The notes: generated by a model not told the origin, from the sequence alone. A stretch of DNA of 64,000 nucleotides from Candidatus Giovannonibacteria bacterium (GCA_016186825.1 JACPKW010000006.1:3191-67190), one strand, 5' to 3'; counted from the stretch's first letter, positions 1-10,800 are shown. Program-made: numbers and translations.

Positions 1-204
1 GGAATCATTTCTTTTTTTGACCTCGGTTCGAAGCACCTCGATAATTTCCTCGTCAGAAAGGCCTTCTGTTTTTTTTAAAAGTTGGATTTCTCTGTTGTGA
101 ACAGCAGTCATCGCCATCCGCAAAACAGAAATTTTAAGAGCTGCCCCGGCTTTCATGGAGGTCTTTAAATCTTCGTTTAATTTTTGTTTCAGTCCTTCTG
201 CCAT
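1..204 (-). CDS. GatB/YqeY domain protein (runs off window start)
   Basis: Manual translation from ATG at 204: MAEGLKQKLNEDLKTSMKAG...VLRM...EIIEVLRTEVKKRNDS; lies downstream of rpsU, the usual rpsU-yqeY arrangement. Confidence 0.85.
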   Translation of the reverse strand, partial: MAEGLKQKLNEDLKTSMKAGAALKISVLRMAMTAVHNREIQLLKKTEGLSDEEIIEVLRTEVKKRNDS

Positions 205-244
205 TACTACATTTTATCCCGAATTTTTGAATACGAAAACGGGG

Positions 245-469
245 CTATTCAATCTTCCCAAGTTTTCGCAATTTTTCCATCTCTTTTTGCCAGGCAATTC
301 GCTTCAGAGCGTCTTTTCTTTTTTTGAATTCGGATTTTTTTCGGGCGCGGAATTGATAAGAACGCGCATTGATCAAAATTTTCGAGCGCTTAATTTTACG
401 CGTAAAACGCCTGAGGAGGCTTCCTACAGTTTCATTCTCGCGTCTTTTAACTTCAACAGCTAGTGGCAT
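245..469 (-). CDS. rpsU: 30S ribosomal protein S21
   Basis: VEVKRRENETVGSLLRRFTRK...KSEFKKRK pattern; small basic protein next to yqeY. Confidence 0.8.
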   Translation of the reverse strand: MPLAVEVKRRENETVGSLLRRFTRKIKRSKILINARSYQFRARKKSEFKKRKDALKRIAWQKEMEKLRKLGKIE

Positions 470-551
470 TAATTTAACTTAATAACTCCAATAAATTTAC
501 AAATCTAGTTTCCCGTGTTTTCTATATCTAACATATTTCAGAAATTTTTTA

Positions 552-634
552 AACCCTGTTAGAAGTCTAAGCAATGTTATGTTGATAAACTAAATAAATA
601 AAGTAATTGAGAATTTCCAACTTCCAGCGGGGTT
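552..634. mobile_element. MITE-like element with ACCCCGTTAGA-type terminal inverted repeats (copy 1)
   Basis: aaccctgttagaagt (552-566) ... acttccagcggggtt (620-634); same termini at 46441 and 56864. Confidence 0.55.
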
Positions 635-989
635 AGACCTCAACGTTGCCGGGCGAACTTTCCCATCCCCCCAACAAATGGAGATGAATATGGCCAATGA
701 TCTGGCCTCCTTTCGGACCGACATTAAAAATTAATTTATATCCTTCGAGCCCCTGCCGCTCGGCAATATCCCGCGCAATGCCAATCATTTCTCCCGCCAG
801 AACTAAATCGGAAGATTTTAATTCCTTCACGGAGTCGATATGCTTTTTTGGGATAATCAGGATGTGCACCGGGGCTTTTGGCCTAATATCGCGCACCGCC
901 ATACAGTCAGGGCCTTCAAATACCTTCTCGGCGGGAATTTCTTTGTTCGCAATTTTACAAAAAAGACAGTCCATAGTTTCAATTACCAA
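633..989 (-). CDS. HIT family nucleotide hydrolase
   Basis: DCLFCKI N-terminus and HIHLHLLGG histidine triad; likely start ATG 974. Confidence 0.95.
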   Translation of the reverse strand: MVIETMDCLFCKIANKEIPAEKVFEGPDCMAVRDIRPKAPVHILIIPKKHIDSVKELKSSDLVLAGEMIGIARDIAERQGLEGYKLIFNVGPKGGQIIGHIHLHLLGGWESSPGNVEV

Positions 990-995
990 TAGAGA

Positions 996-2285
996 CTAGT
1001 TTTTTGCCTTCGTTTTAATGCGGTCGATTACTTTCGGGAAAGGGATGATTTCCTGAACGCCTGAATCCATTTCGCGAATTATGATCGTTCCGTCCATCGC
1101 TTCTTTTTGCCCCAATATAAGACTGAAATCCACTTCTAGCTTCGAAGCAAGGCGAAGCTGCCCGCGAAGCGAGTCCTTTGATAGCGACTGCGCCAACGGA
1201 ATTTTGGCTTTTCTGAATTCTTCGATCAAGCATAAGCTTTTTTTCTTCGCGACTTCTCCGAGCTGGATTAAAAAGACTTTCGGGCGCTTTCCTTCTGCGA
1301 ATCCGTCCTTTTCCTTGAGCAATTCAGAAAGCCGATCCACTCCGAACGCTCCGCCAACCGCAGCCAACGGTTTTCCGGCGAGCAAATCACCCAAATAGTC
1401 ATAACGGCCTCCGCCTCCGATTTCCATTCGTTTCTCTTCGGGAGTTTTTGGCGGAATCACAAATTCAAAAACCGTCCTTGTATAATAATCGAGCCCCCGC
1501 ACCAGGTAAGGATTCAAACTGTAAGGAATTTCTGCGGCATCCATAAAATCAAGCACCTCTTTAAAGTGCGCCTTGCAGTTATCGCAGACATATTCAATCA
1601 TCTGCGGCGCGTTTTTCTTGAGCTCGACACAGCTTTCTTCTTTGCAATCGAGCAAGCGCAATGGATTTTCTTTAAGGCGGCGTTTGCAGTCTTTGCAGAG
1701 ATAATTGACATGCTTTCTATAATAGGCAATCAAATCTTTGCGATAAGCCGGGCGGCATTCCTTGTCTCCAATCGTGTTTAATTCAAGCGCCGCTTCGAGT
1801 CCGAGTTCTTTAAGAATCAAACTGAAGATTCTTATTATAGTAGCCTCTGCAACTGCCAAGTCTTCGCCCAAAATTTCAAGCCCAAATTGTCCGAATTCGC
1901 GAAAGCGTCCCTTTTGCGGCGACTCGTGGCGAAAAAAAGAGCCCACATAGTAAAGCATGACGGGCTGCGGCCAAGAGAGCATGCCGTCTTCAAAATAAGC
2001 ACGCACAATGGGGACCGTGCCTTCGGGACGCAGCGTCAGCTGATCTCCTCCGCGCGTGCGGAATGTATACATTTGTTTTTCAACTATATCCGAAGCCGCA
2101 CCCAAAGACGCTTCAAAAATTTCGGAGTGTTCAAAATGCGGGGTCTGAATTTCCTGAAACCCGTAATATTCCGCAATTTCGCGGCACTTTTCATGAATTT
2201 TTTTGCGGATAAAAAGTTCGTCGCTGAAAAGATCCCGCGTTCCCTTTGGAGTGACTAAAATTTCTTTTTTCACTAGTCTAGACAT
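996..2285 (-). CDS. hisS: Histidine--tRNA ligase
   Basis: PKGTRD, LRPEGT, FRHESPQKGRFREF, LVRGLDYYT, GGGRYD motifs. Confidence 0.97.
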   Translation of the reverse strand: MSRLVKKEILVTPKGTRDLFSDELFIRKKIHEKCREIAEYYGFQEIQTPHFEHSEIFEASLGAASDIVEKQMYTFRTRGGDQLTLRPEGTVPIVRAYFEDGMLSWPQPVMLYYVGSFFRHESPQKGRFREFGQFGLEILGEDLAVAEATIIRIFSLILKELGLEAALELNTIGDKECRPAYRKDLIAYYRKHVNYLCKDCKRRLKENPLRLLDCKEESCVELKKNAPQMIEYVCDNCKAHFKEVLDFMDAAEIPYSLNPYLVRGLDYYTRTVFEFVIPPKTPEEKRMEIGGGGRYDYLGDLLAGKPLAAVGGAFGVDRLSELLKEKDGFAEGKRPKVFLIQLGEVAKKKSLCLIEEFRKAKIPLAQSLSKDSLRGQLRLASKLEVDFSLILGQKEAMDGTIIIREMDSGVQEIIPFPKVIDRIKTKAKN

Positions 2286-2339
2286 TCTAACTTTTACAAA
2301 AAGCTCGCTCTTAATTCTTTAAGATGATTAGGCATTCGA

Positions 2340-2909
2340 TCATTGAAAACTTCCGCCCATCTGAAAATTATAAAATCCGGGAAGAAAGCTGATCCGATCC
2401 GGAGGCCATAGCCTCATCCAGACTCGCCCAACCACCAGGTTAAGCGGCAAATTGCCCCACGTCCGAGAATCAGAAGAACGAAGCCGGTTATCTCCCAAAA
2501 CAAAATATTCATCATTCTTCAGCTCAAAAATTCCGTCCGGCGTCGTCAATGCCTCTGAAAGATAAGGCTCTTTCAGTTCTTCGCGCTCTTCGCCCTTAAC
2601 AAGGAAAATTCGCGTATTTTTAACCTCAATCGTTTCGCCCGGCAGCCCAATCACGCGCTTAATATAGAATTTTGAGGTGTCATTCGGAAAACGAAACACG
2701 ACGACTTCGCCGCGTTTGGGGTTTCGCAAGTGGTAGGTAAGTTCGTCAATTATTAGATATTGGCCGTCTTCGTAAGTTGGCTCCATCGAAGCTCCTTTAA
2801 CTATGAAAGGTTGCGCTACCCAGGCTCGGATCGGAACAATGATTAGGACTGCTATTACAATGAAACGAATCAGATCTTTCCCGAAATAACTCGCATTTTC
2901 ATCAGACAT
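2340..2909 (-). CDS. lepB: Signal peptidase I
   Basis: GASMEPT, YIKRVIGLPGE, GDNR..SSDSR motifs; ATG 2909 preferred over track start 2936. Confidence 0.95.
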   Translation of the reverse strand: MSDENASYFGKDLIRFIVIAVLIIVPIRAWVAQPFIVKGASMEPTYEDGQYLIIDELTYHLRNPKRGEVVVFRFPNDTSKFYIKRVIGLPGETIEVKNTRIFLVKGEEREELKEPYLSEALTTPDGIFELKNDEYFVLGDNRLRSSDSRTWGNLPLNLVVGRVWMRLWPPDRISFLPGFYNFQMGGSFQ

Positions 2910-3015
2910 GAATAAAGAGTAATGGAATTTTGCCAAGAAATCAAGGGCTCGGGTTACAATCTTGACCGTGACATTTACACGCTTAAATTAATTTCGACGT
3001 GTTATTCTGAAATCA

Positions 3016-3414
3016 ATGAATAGATTTGGAATCTCCTTATTTATTTTATTATTTGTTTTTTGGGGCATTCTTGTTTTGTCGATAAAGTTTCTTTTCAGCC
3101 CTGTACATGGTGCGCCTGCCATATACGAAATAAGCGGGTGCGATATTTCGAGATGCTTTTACAAATTTTATCCAGCTGGAGCTATAACGGATTTAATATT
3201 GATAGTTGGATCTTTTGTAGGAGCATATTTTGTAGGAAAAAAATATAAAGATTCATTATTTAAGAAAAAAATGAGTGTCGGATTTTTATTTTTTATTTTT
3301 TTATTGGCAATAAATGGTTTAATTTTCTTTTTTGGATTTCAAATGCCACTCGATAATTTAGACAATTACAATAATGTTCCGAGTTTAGGACCAAAAAGTT
3401 CTGGGGGTATTTGA
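3016..3414 (+). CDS. Hypothetical membrane protein (AT-rich)
   Basis: 132-aa ORF with three hydrophobic segments. Confidence 0.6.
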   Translation: MNRFGISLFILLFVFWGILVLSIKFLFSPVHGAPAIYEISGCDISRCFYKFYPAGAITDLILIVGSFVGAYFVGKKYKDSLFKKKMSVGFLFFIFLLAINGLIFFFGFQMPLDNLDNYNNVPSLGPKSSGGI

Positions 3415-3420
3415 ATTAAA

Positions 3421-4026
3421 ATGAAAAAATTTTACATTATTGGACTTGGCAATCCCGATTCCAAATATATGGGAACAAGACACAATGCGGGACGAATGAT
3501 GGTCCAGCTTTTTGGAAAGAAAAATGATTTTCCGGATTTCGAGCTTCAAAAAAAATCAGCACTGGTAGCTGAAGGTAAAATAAATAAGACATCTGTCTCT
3601 CTTATTTTGCCCGAGCTTTTTATGAACAACTCTGGCAAGTCTATAAAAAATTTCATAAAACCGAAAAAAACTTTAAAGCATGTAATCGTTTTAAATGACG
3701 ACATTGATATTCCGATCGGGAAATTCAAAATCGTATTCAACCGCGGTTCAGGCGGGCATAAAGGAGTCGAATCAGTCAGGCGCGCGCTCGGCACAGAAGC
3801 ATTTGTTCGCGTGAGGGTTGGAATCTGTCCCAAGAAACCTGCCCGCAATGCTACGCATAGCGTTGCGGGCGGGAAACCGACGCATCGCGAATTGCTAAAA
3901 CTTCTCACCGCGAAATTCAAGCCATCCGAAGAGGCTGAACTCAAAAAAATTTCCAAAAAAGTTTTGGAAGCGCTCGTGATCATCATCACCGAAGGCCATG
4001 AAAAAGCAATGAGTTTGTTTAATTAA
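3421..4026 (+). CDS. pth: Peptidyl-tRNA hydrolase with a 12-aa palindrome-derived insertion
   Basis: IIGLGNP, TRHNAG, FMNNSG, GGHKG motifs. Confidence 0.95.
   Translation: MKKFYIIGLGNPDSKYMGTRHNAGRMMVQLFGKKNDFPDFELQKKSALVAEGKINKTSVSLILPELFMNNSGKSIKNFIKPKKTLKHVIVLNDDIDIPIGKFKIVFNRGSGGHKGVESVRRALGTEAFVRVRVGICPKKPARNATHSVAGGKPTHRELLKLLTAKFKPSEEAELKKISKKVLEALVIIITEGHEKAMSLFN
3838..3873. repeat. 36-bp palindromic element in-frame in pth
   Basis: cctgcccgcaatgctacgcatagcgttgcgggcggg encodes PARNATHSVAGG; termini match the intergenic copies at about 33122, 34012, 37418 and the tRNA-Cys insertion. Confidence 0.8.
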
Positions 4027-4077
4027 AATTGAAAATCTTTCAGTTTTCTGCTTGAATGAGTGTGACTTTTATTTTGA

Positions 4078-6027
4078 ATGACTGATCCGCCTAAAAGATA
4101 CCAGAAAATAATAATTTTTGCCCCTACCCCCTCTTTTTTGGAACGGGGCGATTTGGCATTGGAGAAAGATATTGAAAAATATCGTGCGCTTCGCATCCGA
4201 AATAATTTTTGGCAAAGAAACACGTTGATTATCGAGACCGGAAAATATATCAAACCGACAGAGCTTGCGCGTAAACTTACCGATCTCGGTTATGAAAAAT
4301 ATCCGCTCTCGGCTGAAAGCCATATCCATAAAGGAGAATTTTCCTGGACCGGCGGGCTGATTACAATTTTCCCGATCAACAGCCCTACCCCAATTACAAT
4401 CGAGTTTATCGGAAATGAAATTGCGGCTATTGAAGAAGCAAAAATCGTAAGTCACAAATCGGTTTTCGAGAAAAAGACAGAGCACAAATTCGAACCCGGA
4501 GATTTTGTCGTTCATGAAGACCATGGAATTGGAATATTTCGCAGATACAGCGACACAAACGAGCAATTTTTAATTCTGGAATACGCTCCGGCCCGGAAGG
4601 GCGGCGAGCCGGACCGCCTTTTCGTCCCCCAAAAAGTCTCGGACAAAGTTGCGCCCTATCTCGGGTTAAGGAACCCGAAAATTAATCGCTTGGGAACTCC
4701 GCTTTGGTTTCATACGAAAAAGAAAGCGAAAGAAGACATCATAAAATTCGCACACGAATTGTTAGCGCTTTACCAAACGCGCGCTGATGTGAAAAGAAAT
4801 TCATATGATGCCTCGGAACTTGAAAAAGAAATCTGGGAAAATTTTCAATTTGAAGAAACACCCGGACAGAAAAAAGCGCTCGAAGATATTTTTTCTGATT
4901 TTTCAAAAAACGAGCCAATGGAACGGCTCGTAATCGGCGATGTCGGATTTGGAAAAACTGAAGTAGCGCTTCGCGCCGCACTTCGCGTAATTTTAAATGG
5001 AAAGCAAGCTGCCCTTCTTGCGCCAACTACAGTCCTCGCGGATCAGCACGCGCAGGTTTTTAAAGAGCGCTTTGAGGCACTCGGCTTGAATGTGGCGCGT
5101 TTTACAAGGCTTGAAAAAAGTGCGGCAGTTCGCAATATTAAAAAATTCGTGCTCGAAGGGAAAACAGATATTCTAATCGGGACACATCGGGCGCTCTCGA
5201 AAGAACTTGAATTCAAATCGCTTGGCCTTTTAATTATTGACGAAGAGCAGCGCTTCGGAGTGCGGCAAAAAGAAACACTGAAGAAAAAATATCCGGAAGT
5301 AGATATTTTATATCTTTCCGCAACGCCGATTCCGCGCACACTAGCATTTTCAATTTCAAAAATTCGTCCGATGAGCTTCATCAGCGATCCTCCGGAGGGC
5401 CGAAAACCGATCGTGACCTTCATTCTTCCGCGAACGGATAAAATCATCAAAGAAGCGATTGCAAGAGAAATCGAGCGAAAAGGTCAAATTTATTTTTTGG
5501 TTCCGCGGATTGAAAAAATCGGTTTTATAAAAAATAAACTCGACAAATTATTTCCGAAAGTTAAAAAGGCCGTTCTCCACGCGCGTCTCCCCGAAAAAGA
5601 CTTGGTCAAAAGCATGCATGACTTCCGCGAAGGTTCAGTTGAGCTGTTGATTTCAACAACAATAATCGAAAACGGCCTCGACATTTCAAACGTCAATACA
5701 TTGATTGTGGAAAATTCAGCGCTCTTAGGTTTAGCTCAAGCCCATCAGCTCCGCGGGCGAATTGGAAGAAAGGAGATCCAGGCTTATGCATATTTTTTAT
5801 ATCCATCGAAAAAGTTAACTCCGCTCGCCCAAGAGCGCCTCGAAACTTTGGTTTCTTTCCAAGAACTGGGAGCGGGGTTTGAAATCGCAAAAAAAGATCT
5901 AGAGATCCGCGGTGCGGGAAACGTGTTAGGACGCGAGCAATCCGGGGTAATAAATAAAATCGGCTGGAATTTGTATTTCCAGTATTTATCGGAATCTTTG
6001 GACGAAACATCACGAATAGATATTTAA
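4078..6027 (+). CDS. mfd: Shortened transcription-repair coupling factor (CarD-like RID + SF2 translocase)
   Basis: GDFVVHEDHGIG, GDVGFGKTEVA, DEEQRFG, QLRGRIGR, DLEIRGAGNVLG; only 649 aa. Confidence 0.9.
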   Translation: MTDPPKRYQKIIIFAPTPSFLERGDLALEKDIEKYRALRIRNNFWQRNTLIIETGKYIKPTELARKLTDLGYEKYPLSAESHIHKGEFSWTGGLITIFPINSPTPITIEFIGNEIAAIEEAKIVSHKSVFEKKTEHKFEPGDFVVHEDHGIGIFRRYSDTNEQFLILEYAPARKGGEPDRLFVPQKVSDKVAPYLGLRNPKINRLGTPLWFHTKKKAKEDIIKFAHELLALYQTRADVKRNSYDASELEKEIWENFQFEETPGQKKALEDIFSDFSKNEPMERLVIGDVGFGKTEVALRAALRVILNGKQAALLAPTTVLADQHAQVFKERFEALGLNVARFTRLEKSAAVRNIKKFVLEGKTDILIGTHRALSKELEFKSLGLLIIDEEQRFGVRQKETLKKKYPEVDILYLSATPIPRTLAFSISKIRPMSFISDPPEGRKPIVTFILPRTDKIIKEAIAREIERKGQIYFLVPRIEKIGFIKNKLDKLFPKVKKAVLHARLPEKDLVKSMHDFREGSVELLISTTIIENGLDISNVNTLIVENSALLGLAQAHQLRGRIGRKEIQAYAYFLYPSKKLTPLAQERLETLVSFQELGAGFEIAKKDLEIRGAGNVLGREQSGVINKIGWNLYFQYLSESLDETSRIDI

Positions 6028-6043
6028 AATTACCTAAAAAAAA

Positions 6044-6060
6044 TCCTCCTATAAGGAGGG
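6044..6060 (-). terminator. Hairpin terminator between convergent mfd and rpsA
   Basis: cctcc-tataa-ggagg followed by a T-run on the minus strand. Confidence 0.5.
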
Positions 6061-6163
6061 TCAAGAGAAGGATTCCGCAGGACGTAAGGCCAAAATATAA
6101 ATAGGGAGAGATATAGGATGCTCCTACTTGCACCGAGTCCTGGAAGTATTTTTTATTGCAATA

Positions 6164-7309
6164 CTACGCTTTCGTCTCTTCTTTCGCTTTCGCTTCATCA
6201 CCCAAATAAGAAAGTGTGAGTCTTCGTTCTTTGGGTTCAAAAAGAGTGATTTGAAATGGATATTTTCCGCCAAGTTCGAGTTTGTCGCGCATCTGTTTTT
6301 CGGATCCAAATTCAGAAATGTGGCAAAGACCAGAAACGCCTTCTTCAATCGCGATCAACGCGCCATATTTATTGAAACGGAGCACTTTTCCTTCAACAAT
6401 ATCCCCTTTCCTGTATTTTTCCGCCGCTCTTACCCACGGATCCGGCTTCAATGCTTTTACAGAAAGCGAGACACGCCCCGCATCGATGCCGATAATTTTC
6501 GCCTGCAACTTGTCTCCAACTTTAAAGTGCTCATTCGGATTTTCGATTAGCGACCAATCCAGTTCTGAAATGTGGCAGAGGCCTTCGAGCCCCTCTTCAA
6601 GTTTTATAAAAATTCCGAAGTCCACTACGCCTGTAACTTCACCTTCAATCACATTCCCAATTTCATATTTAGAAATTACTTCCTTAAATTCATCAGATTC
6701 CGCTCCTTTTTCGGAAAAAATAATTTTTTCCTCTTTAGGATCGAGCGCAATTAACGTCACGCCGAGCGTTGTTCCCACAAACTTTCTAAGTTCGTCTAAA
6801 ATGCGGTCCTTGTCTCCGCCCTCCACGCGCGGGTAATGTCCCATTTTTAACTGCGACGCCGGGAGAAAGCCTTTCATTTTTTTCCATTCGAGCACCAAAC
6901 CGCCTTTGTTCGCATCAATCACTTCCAAATTCAACGTTTCTTTTTTATTCATTAATTCTTCCGCTTCAAGCCAAACCAAATCGTTCCCTGCTTCTTTCAA
7001 AGAAAGCTCGATATACCCGTCTTCGTTTTCAAGTTCGAGCACTTTTGCAGTTACGCTGTCGCCAGCTTTCAAATTCTTTATAATTTCGCGCGCCCGCATA
7101 AATTCACGGCCATATACGATTCCAACGCCTGCCGCTCCTAAATCCACCATCAAACGCGGGCCGGAACGCCCAATCACGAGCCCTTCGATAAGCTCGCCCG
7201 CGCGCGGAATCAAAACAGGAACTTTTTTAAAAAGTTCCTCCATCAAGCTATTTTTCTTTTTTGCTTCTTCTTCCGAAATGAACGCAGCATTTAAAGTCTT
7301 AGGCGACAT
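6164..7309 (-). CDS. rpsA: 30S ribosomal protein S1 (4 S1 domains)
   Basis: Repeated S1 motifs (GFLPASQL, EGLCHISEL, SGLCHISEF); likely start ATG 7309. Confidence 0.92.
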   Translation of the reverse strand: MSPKTLNAAFISEEEAKKKNSLMEELFKKVPVLIPRAGELIEGLVIGRSGPRLMVDLGAAGVGIVYGREFMRAREIIKNLKAGDSVTAKVLELENEDGYIELSLKEAGNDLVWLEAEELMNKKETLNLEVIDANKGGLVLEWKKMKGFLPASQLKMGHYPRVEGGDKDRILDELRKFVGTTLGVTLIALDPKEEKIIFSEKGAESDEFKEVISKYEIGNVIEGEVTGVVDFGIFIKLEEGLEGLCHISELDWSLIENPNEHFKVGDKLQAKIIGIDAGRVSLSVKALKPDPWVRAAEKYRKGDIVEGKVLRFNKYGALIAIEEGVSGLCHISEFGSEKQMRDKLELGGKYPFQITLFEPKERRLTLSYLGDEAKAKEETKA

Positions 7310-7411
7310 GCCAAAAAGTATAAACAATCTATAAAAAAGAGGCAAGTAGGCGCGAGACTGGGGAGCCTCAAGGGGCTTAAATATTTGAGCAAAAAATGCT
7401 ATAATTTTTTA

Positions 7412-8074
7412 ATGGTAATCACCTATTACGGAGCTTCTTGTTTCAAAGTACAATCAGGAGATCTCACCATTGCCTTTGACCCGCCTTCCAAAGGATCCGA
7501 CTTGAAACCTCCGCGTTTTGAATGCCACGTCGTCCTTTCGAGCCACGATCATCCCCTTCATAACGGATTGAAAGAGCTCCCCGGAAAAAAAGGCGAGGAT
7601 CCTTTTTTTATCTCCGGGCCGGGAGAATATGAGTATGGCGGTCTCCAAATCACCGCCATCCAGTCTTTTCACGACAACACAAGCGGCAAAAAACTGGGGA
7701 CGAATACAATATATGTAGTTGAAATGGAAAACATCCGTCTTTGTCATTTAGGCGACCTTGGGCAAGGAGAATTGGAAGCGGAATCAATCGAGGTTATTGG
7801 CAAAAGCGACGTGCTTTTTGTCCCTGTCGGAGGAAAGGACGTAATAGATGCAGAAACGGCCGCAAAAATCATCACGCAATTAGAGCCCAGAGTCGTAATT
7901 CCGATGCATTACGCCATTTTGAAAACAGCGCTAAAGGGAGCTCGCGTAGATGAGTTCTTAAAAGAGCTCGGGGAAGAAAAAATAAAACCGGAAGACAAAT
8001 TTACGTTCAAAAAGAAAGAACTCCCCGAAGACGGAATGAAAGTGGTCTTACTTGAACCAGTTATAAGCCTCTAG
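7412..8074 (+). CDS. MBL-fold metallo-hydrolase
   Basis: SHDHPLH, HLGDLG, IPMHY motifs. Confidence 0.88.
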   Translation: MVITYYGASCFKVQSGDLTIAFDPPSKGSDLKPPRFECHVVLSSHDHPLHNGLKELPGKKGEDPFFISGPGEYEYGGLQITAIQSFHDNTSGKKLGTNTIYVVEMENIRLCHLGDLGQGELEAESIEVIGKSDVLFVPVGGKDVIDAETAAKIITQLEPRVVIPMHYAILKTALKGARVDEFLKELGEEKIKPEDKFTFKKKELPEDGMKVVLLEPVISL

Positions 8075-8080
8075 GGCGCT

Positions 8081-8347
8081 ATGGGTTTAATTGATAAAAT
8101 TGAAGATCTTCGGCAAAAACCTGAGCGGACGCGAAAAAAAGTTTTATTTCTAACCGTCGGTCTTTGTATGATTTTGGTTTTAACTTTCTGGGTTAGCAAT
8201 TTAAGTTTTGGAAAAAATAAAATAGCGAAAAATGCCGGCGACTCCCAGCCTTCCCCCTGGGCAGTGCTCAGAAAAACTTTTCAAAGCGGCATCAGCGATT
8301 TTAAAGCGAAGTTTCAAACCGGGGAAGTTTATCAGAAAAACGAATAA
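8081..8347 (+). CDS. Hypothetical single-TM protein
   Basis: 88-aa ORF in operon before gyrA. Confidence 0.7.
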   Translation: MGLIDKIEDLRQKPERTRKKVLFLTVGLCMILVLTFWVSNLSFGKNKIAKNAGDSQPSPWAVLRKTFQSGISDFKAKFQTGEVYQKNE

Positions 8348-8352
8348 GCACC

Positions 8353-10800
8353 ATGGCTGAAGAAAAAAACGAAAAAGATTCCGTAGAAAGAAGAGACATC
8401 GTTAAAGAAATGCGCGAATCTTATCTCGATTATGCGATGTCTGTTATTGTTTCGCGCGCTCTCCCGGACGTGCGGGACGGATTAAAGCCCGTCGCGCGGC
8501 GCATTCTTTATGCGATGAACGAACTCGGGCTTTCGAGCGGCGCGAAATTCAGGAAATCTGCGCTCGTCGTAGGTGAAGTGCTGGGTAAATTTCATCCGCA
8601 CAGCGACACCGCTGTTTATGACGCGCTCGTCCGAATGGCGCAGAATTTTTCCTTGCGCTATCCCTTGATTCACGGACAGGGTAATTTTGGTTCGATCGAC
8701 GGCGACTCCGCGGCGGCAATGCGCTATACGGAAGTAAAAATGTCTTCAATATCAGCAGAGCTTCTTCGCGATATCGAAAAAGAGACTGTAGATTTCATCC
8801 CAAATTATGACGGCTCGCGCATAGAGCCCAAAGTCCTTCCGGCTGCGCTTCCGCAATTGCTGTTAAACGGTTCACTTGGAATTGCGGTTGGCATGGCAAC
8901 CAATATCCCTCCGCACAATTTAACAGAAGTGATAGATGCGACCTGCCAGCTTCTAGATCATCCAAAAACTTCCACGGACGAGCTCATGAAATTTATCAAA
9001 GGCCCGGATTTTCCGACCGGAGGCATGATTTTTTCAAAGGCTGACCTCGCCCAAGCCTACGCGACTGGACGCGGAAGCGTGATCAACCGGGGTGAGGCGG
9101 AAATTCTCGAAAAATCCAAAGGGCATTTCCAAATTCTAATCTCTTCCATTCCATATCAGGTCAATAAAGCGGAACTTATTACAAAAATGGCCGATCTCGT
9201 GCACGAAAAAAAGATTGAGGGCATTCGCGATATTCGCGATGAATCCGATAAAGAGGGTCTTTCAATTGCGATTGATCTGAAAAATGACGCAGTGCCGGAA
9301 AAAATTCTAAACAGCCTCTATAAATATACCGACCTTGAAAAAGCTTTTCACTTCAATATGATTGCGCTCGTTGACGGAATTCAGCCCCAGCTCCTTTCGT
9401 TGAAATCAATGCTCGAGCATTTCATTTCTTATCGGAAAGTTGTTGTCGAGCGGCGAGCGAAATTTGAACTTAAAAAAGCGGAAGAACGCGCGCATATCCT
9501 CGAGGGGCTGAAAAAAGCGCTGGATCATATTGATGCCGTCATTAAAACCATCAAAGCTTCGCGCGACCGGCAGGAAGCTTCAAAAAATCTAGTAAAAAAA
9601 TTCGATTTAACGGAAATCCAGGCCGGAGCAATTCTCGACATGCGCCTCTCGACGCTCGCCGGACTTGAACGGCAGAAAATTGAAGATGAACTCAAGGAAA
9701 AGCAAAAATTAATCAGAGATTTGAAAGCGCTCCTAAAAGACCCCGAAAAAATTTCAAAATTAATCGCAGAGGAGCTTCAGGAAGTAAGGAAAAAATTCGG
9801 GGACGACAGAAAAACAAAAGTGGTGGCGTCGGCAATAAAATCATTTTCGATGGAAGATTTAATTCCAGAGCGGGAAACCGTAATCGTGCTAACGCAGGGC
9901 GGATACATCAAGCGCGTGAATCCGGAAGAATACCGCACTCAAAAAAGAGGCGGGAAAGGAATTATGGGCGCAGACATAAAAGAAGAGGACGCGGTTGAAA
10001 ATTTTCTTGCGGCAAATACACATGACGATTTGCTCTTCTTCACTTCGAAAGGAAAAGTTTTCCAGACGAAAATGTATGAAATCCCGGAAGGGAAAAGGAT
10101 AACCAAAGGGAAAGCAATCGTGAACTTTCTCCCGATTTCTACAGAAGAGCGGATCACTTCCATGCTTGCAGTTCCGAAAGCGAAGAAGGGACAAATTTTA
10201 TCTCTCGTTTTAATAACAAAAGACGGAATAATAAAAAAAGTTGACGCAAGCCACTTTTCCGATGTGCGGCGTTCCGGAATCATCGCGATCAAATTGCAAA
10301 AAGATGACCTGCTCCGCTGGGTTCTGATTTCGGGCAAGGGCGATCACATTATTATGACAACCAAAAAAGGACAGGCTATCCGCTTTAAAGAGACAGACGT
10401 CAGGCAAATGGGCCGCTCCGCGCAAGGCGTCAAAGCGCTCCGCTTGAAAAAGTCGGATGAGCTCGTGGGAGCTGATGTGATCGCGGCAGACGAAAAAGAA
10501 TCAATGCTTCTGGTTGTCAGTGAAAACGGTTTTGGAAAGAAAACAAATCTTCGCCAATATCGGCTGCAGCGCCGCGGCGGATCTGGAATCAAAACTGCAA
10601 AAGTTACATCAAAAACAGGGAATCTTGTCTCGGCAAAAGTCATATCACCTGAAATTGAAGGTCTGATCGCAATTTCAAAAAAGGGCCAGGTTATTCGCAC
10701 TTCTTTGAGCGGAATTTCTGTGCTCGGGCGCGGAACGCAGGGCGTGCGTATCATGCGGCTTGACCCAAAAGACAGCCTTGCTTCGATAACATGTTTGTAA
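8353..10800 (+). CDS. gyrA: DNA gyrase subunit A
   Basis: [20 protein letters not shown] catalytic Tyr, GyrA-box QKRGGKG. Confidence 0.98.
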   Translation: MAEEKNEKDSVERRDIVKEMRESYLDYAMSVIVSRALPDVRDGLKPVARRILYAMNELGLSSGAKFRKSALVVGEVLGKFHPHSDTAVYDALVRMAQNFSLRYPLIHGQGNFGSIDGDSAAAMRYTEVKMSSISAELLRDIEKETVDFIPNYDGSRIEPKVLPAALPQLLLNGSLGIAVGMATNIPPHNLTEVIDATCQLLDHPKTSTDELMKFIKGPDFPTGGMIFSKADLAQAYATGRGSVINRGEAEILEKSKGHFQILISSIPYQVNKAELITKMADLVHEKKIEGIRDIRDESDKEGLSIAIDLKNDAVPEKILNSLYKYTDLEKAFHFNMIALVDGIQPQLLSLKSMLEHFISYRKVVVERRAKFELKKAEERAHILEGLKKALDHIDAVIKTIKASRDRQEASKNLVKKFDLTEIQAGAILDMRLSTLAGLERQKIEDELKEKQKLIRDLKALLKDPEKISKLIAEELQEVRKKFGDDRKTKVVASAIKSFSMEDLIPERETVIVLTQGGYIKRVNPEEYRTQKRGGKGIMGADIKEEDAVENFLAANTHDDLLFFTSKGKVFQTKMYEIPEGKRITKGKAIVNFLPISTEERITSMLAVPKAKKGQILSLVLITKDGIIKKVDASHFSDVRRSGIIAIKLQKDDLLRWVLISGKGDHIIMTTKKGQAIRFKETDVRQMGRSAQGVKALRLKKSDELVGADVIAADEKESMLLVVSENGFGKKTNLRQYRLQRRGGSGIKTAKVTSKTGNLVSAKVISPEIEGLIAISKKGQVIRTSLSGISVLGRGTQGVRIMRLDPKDSLASITCL

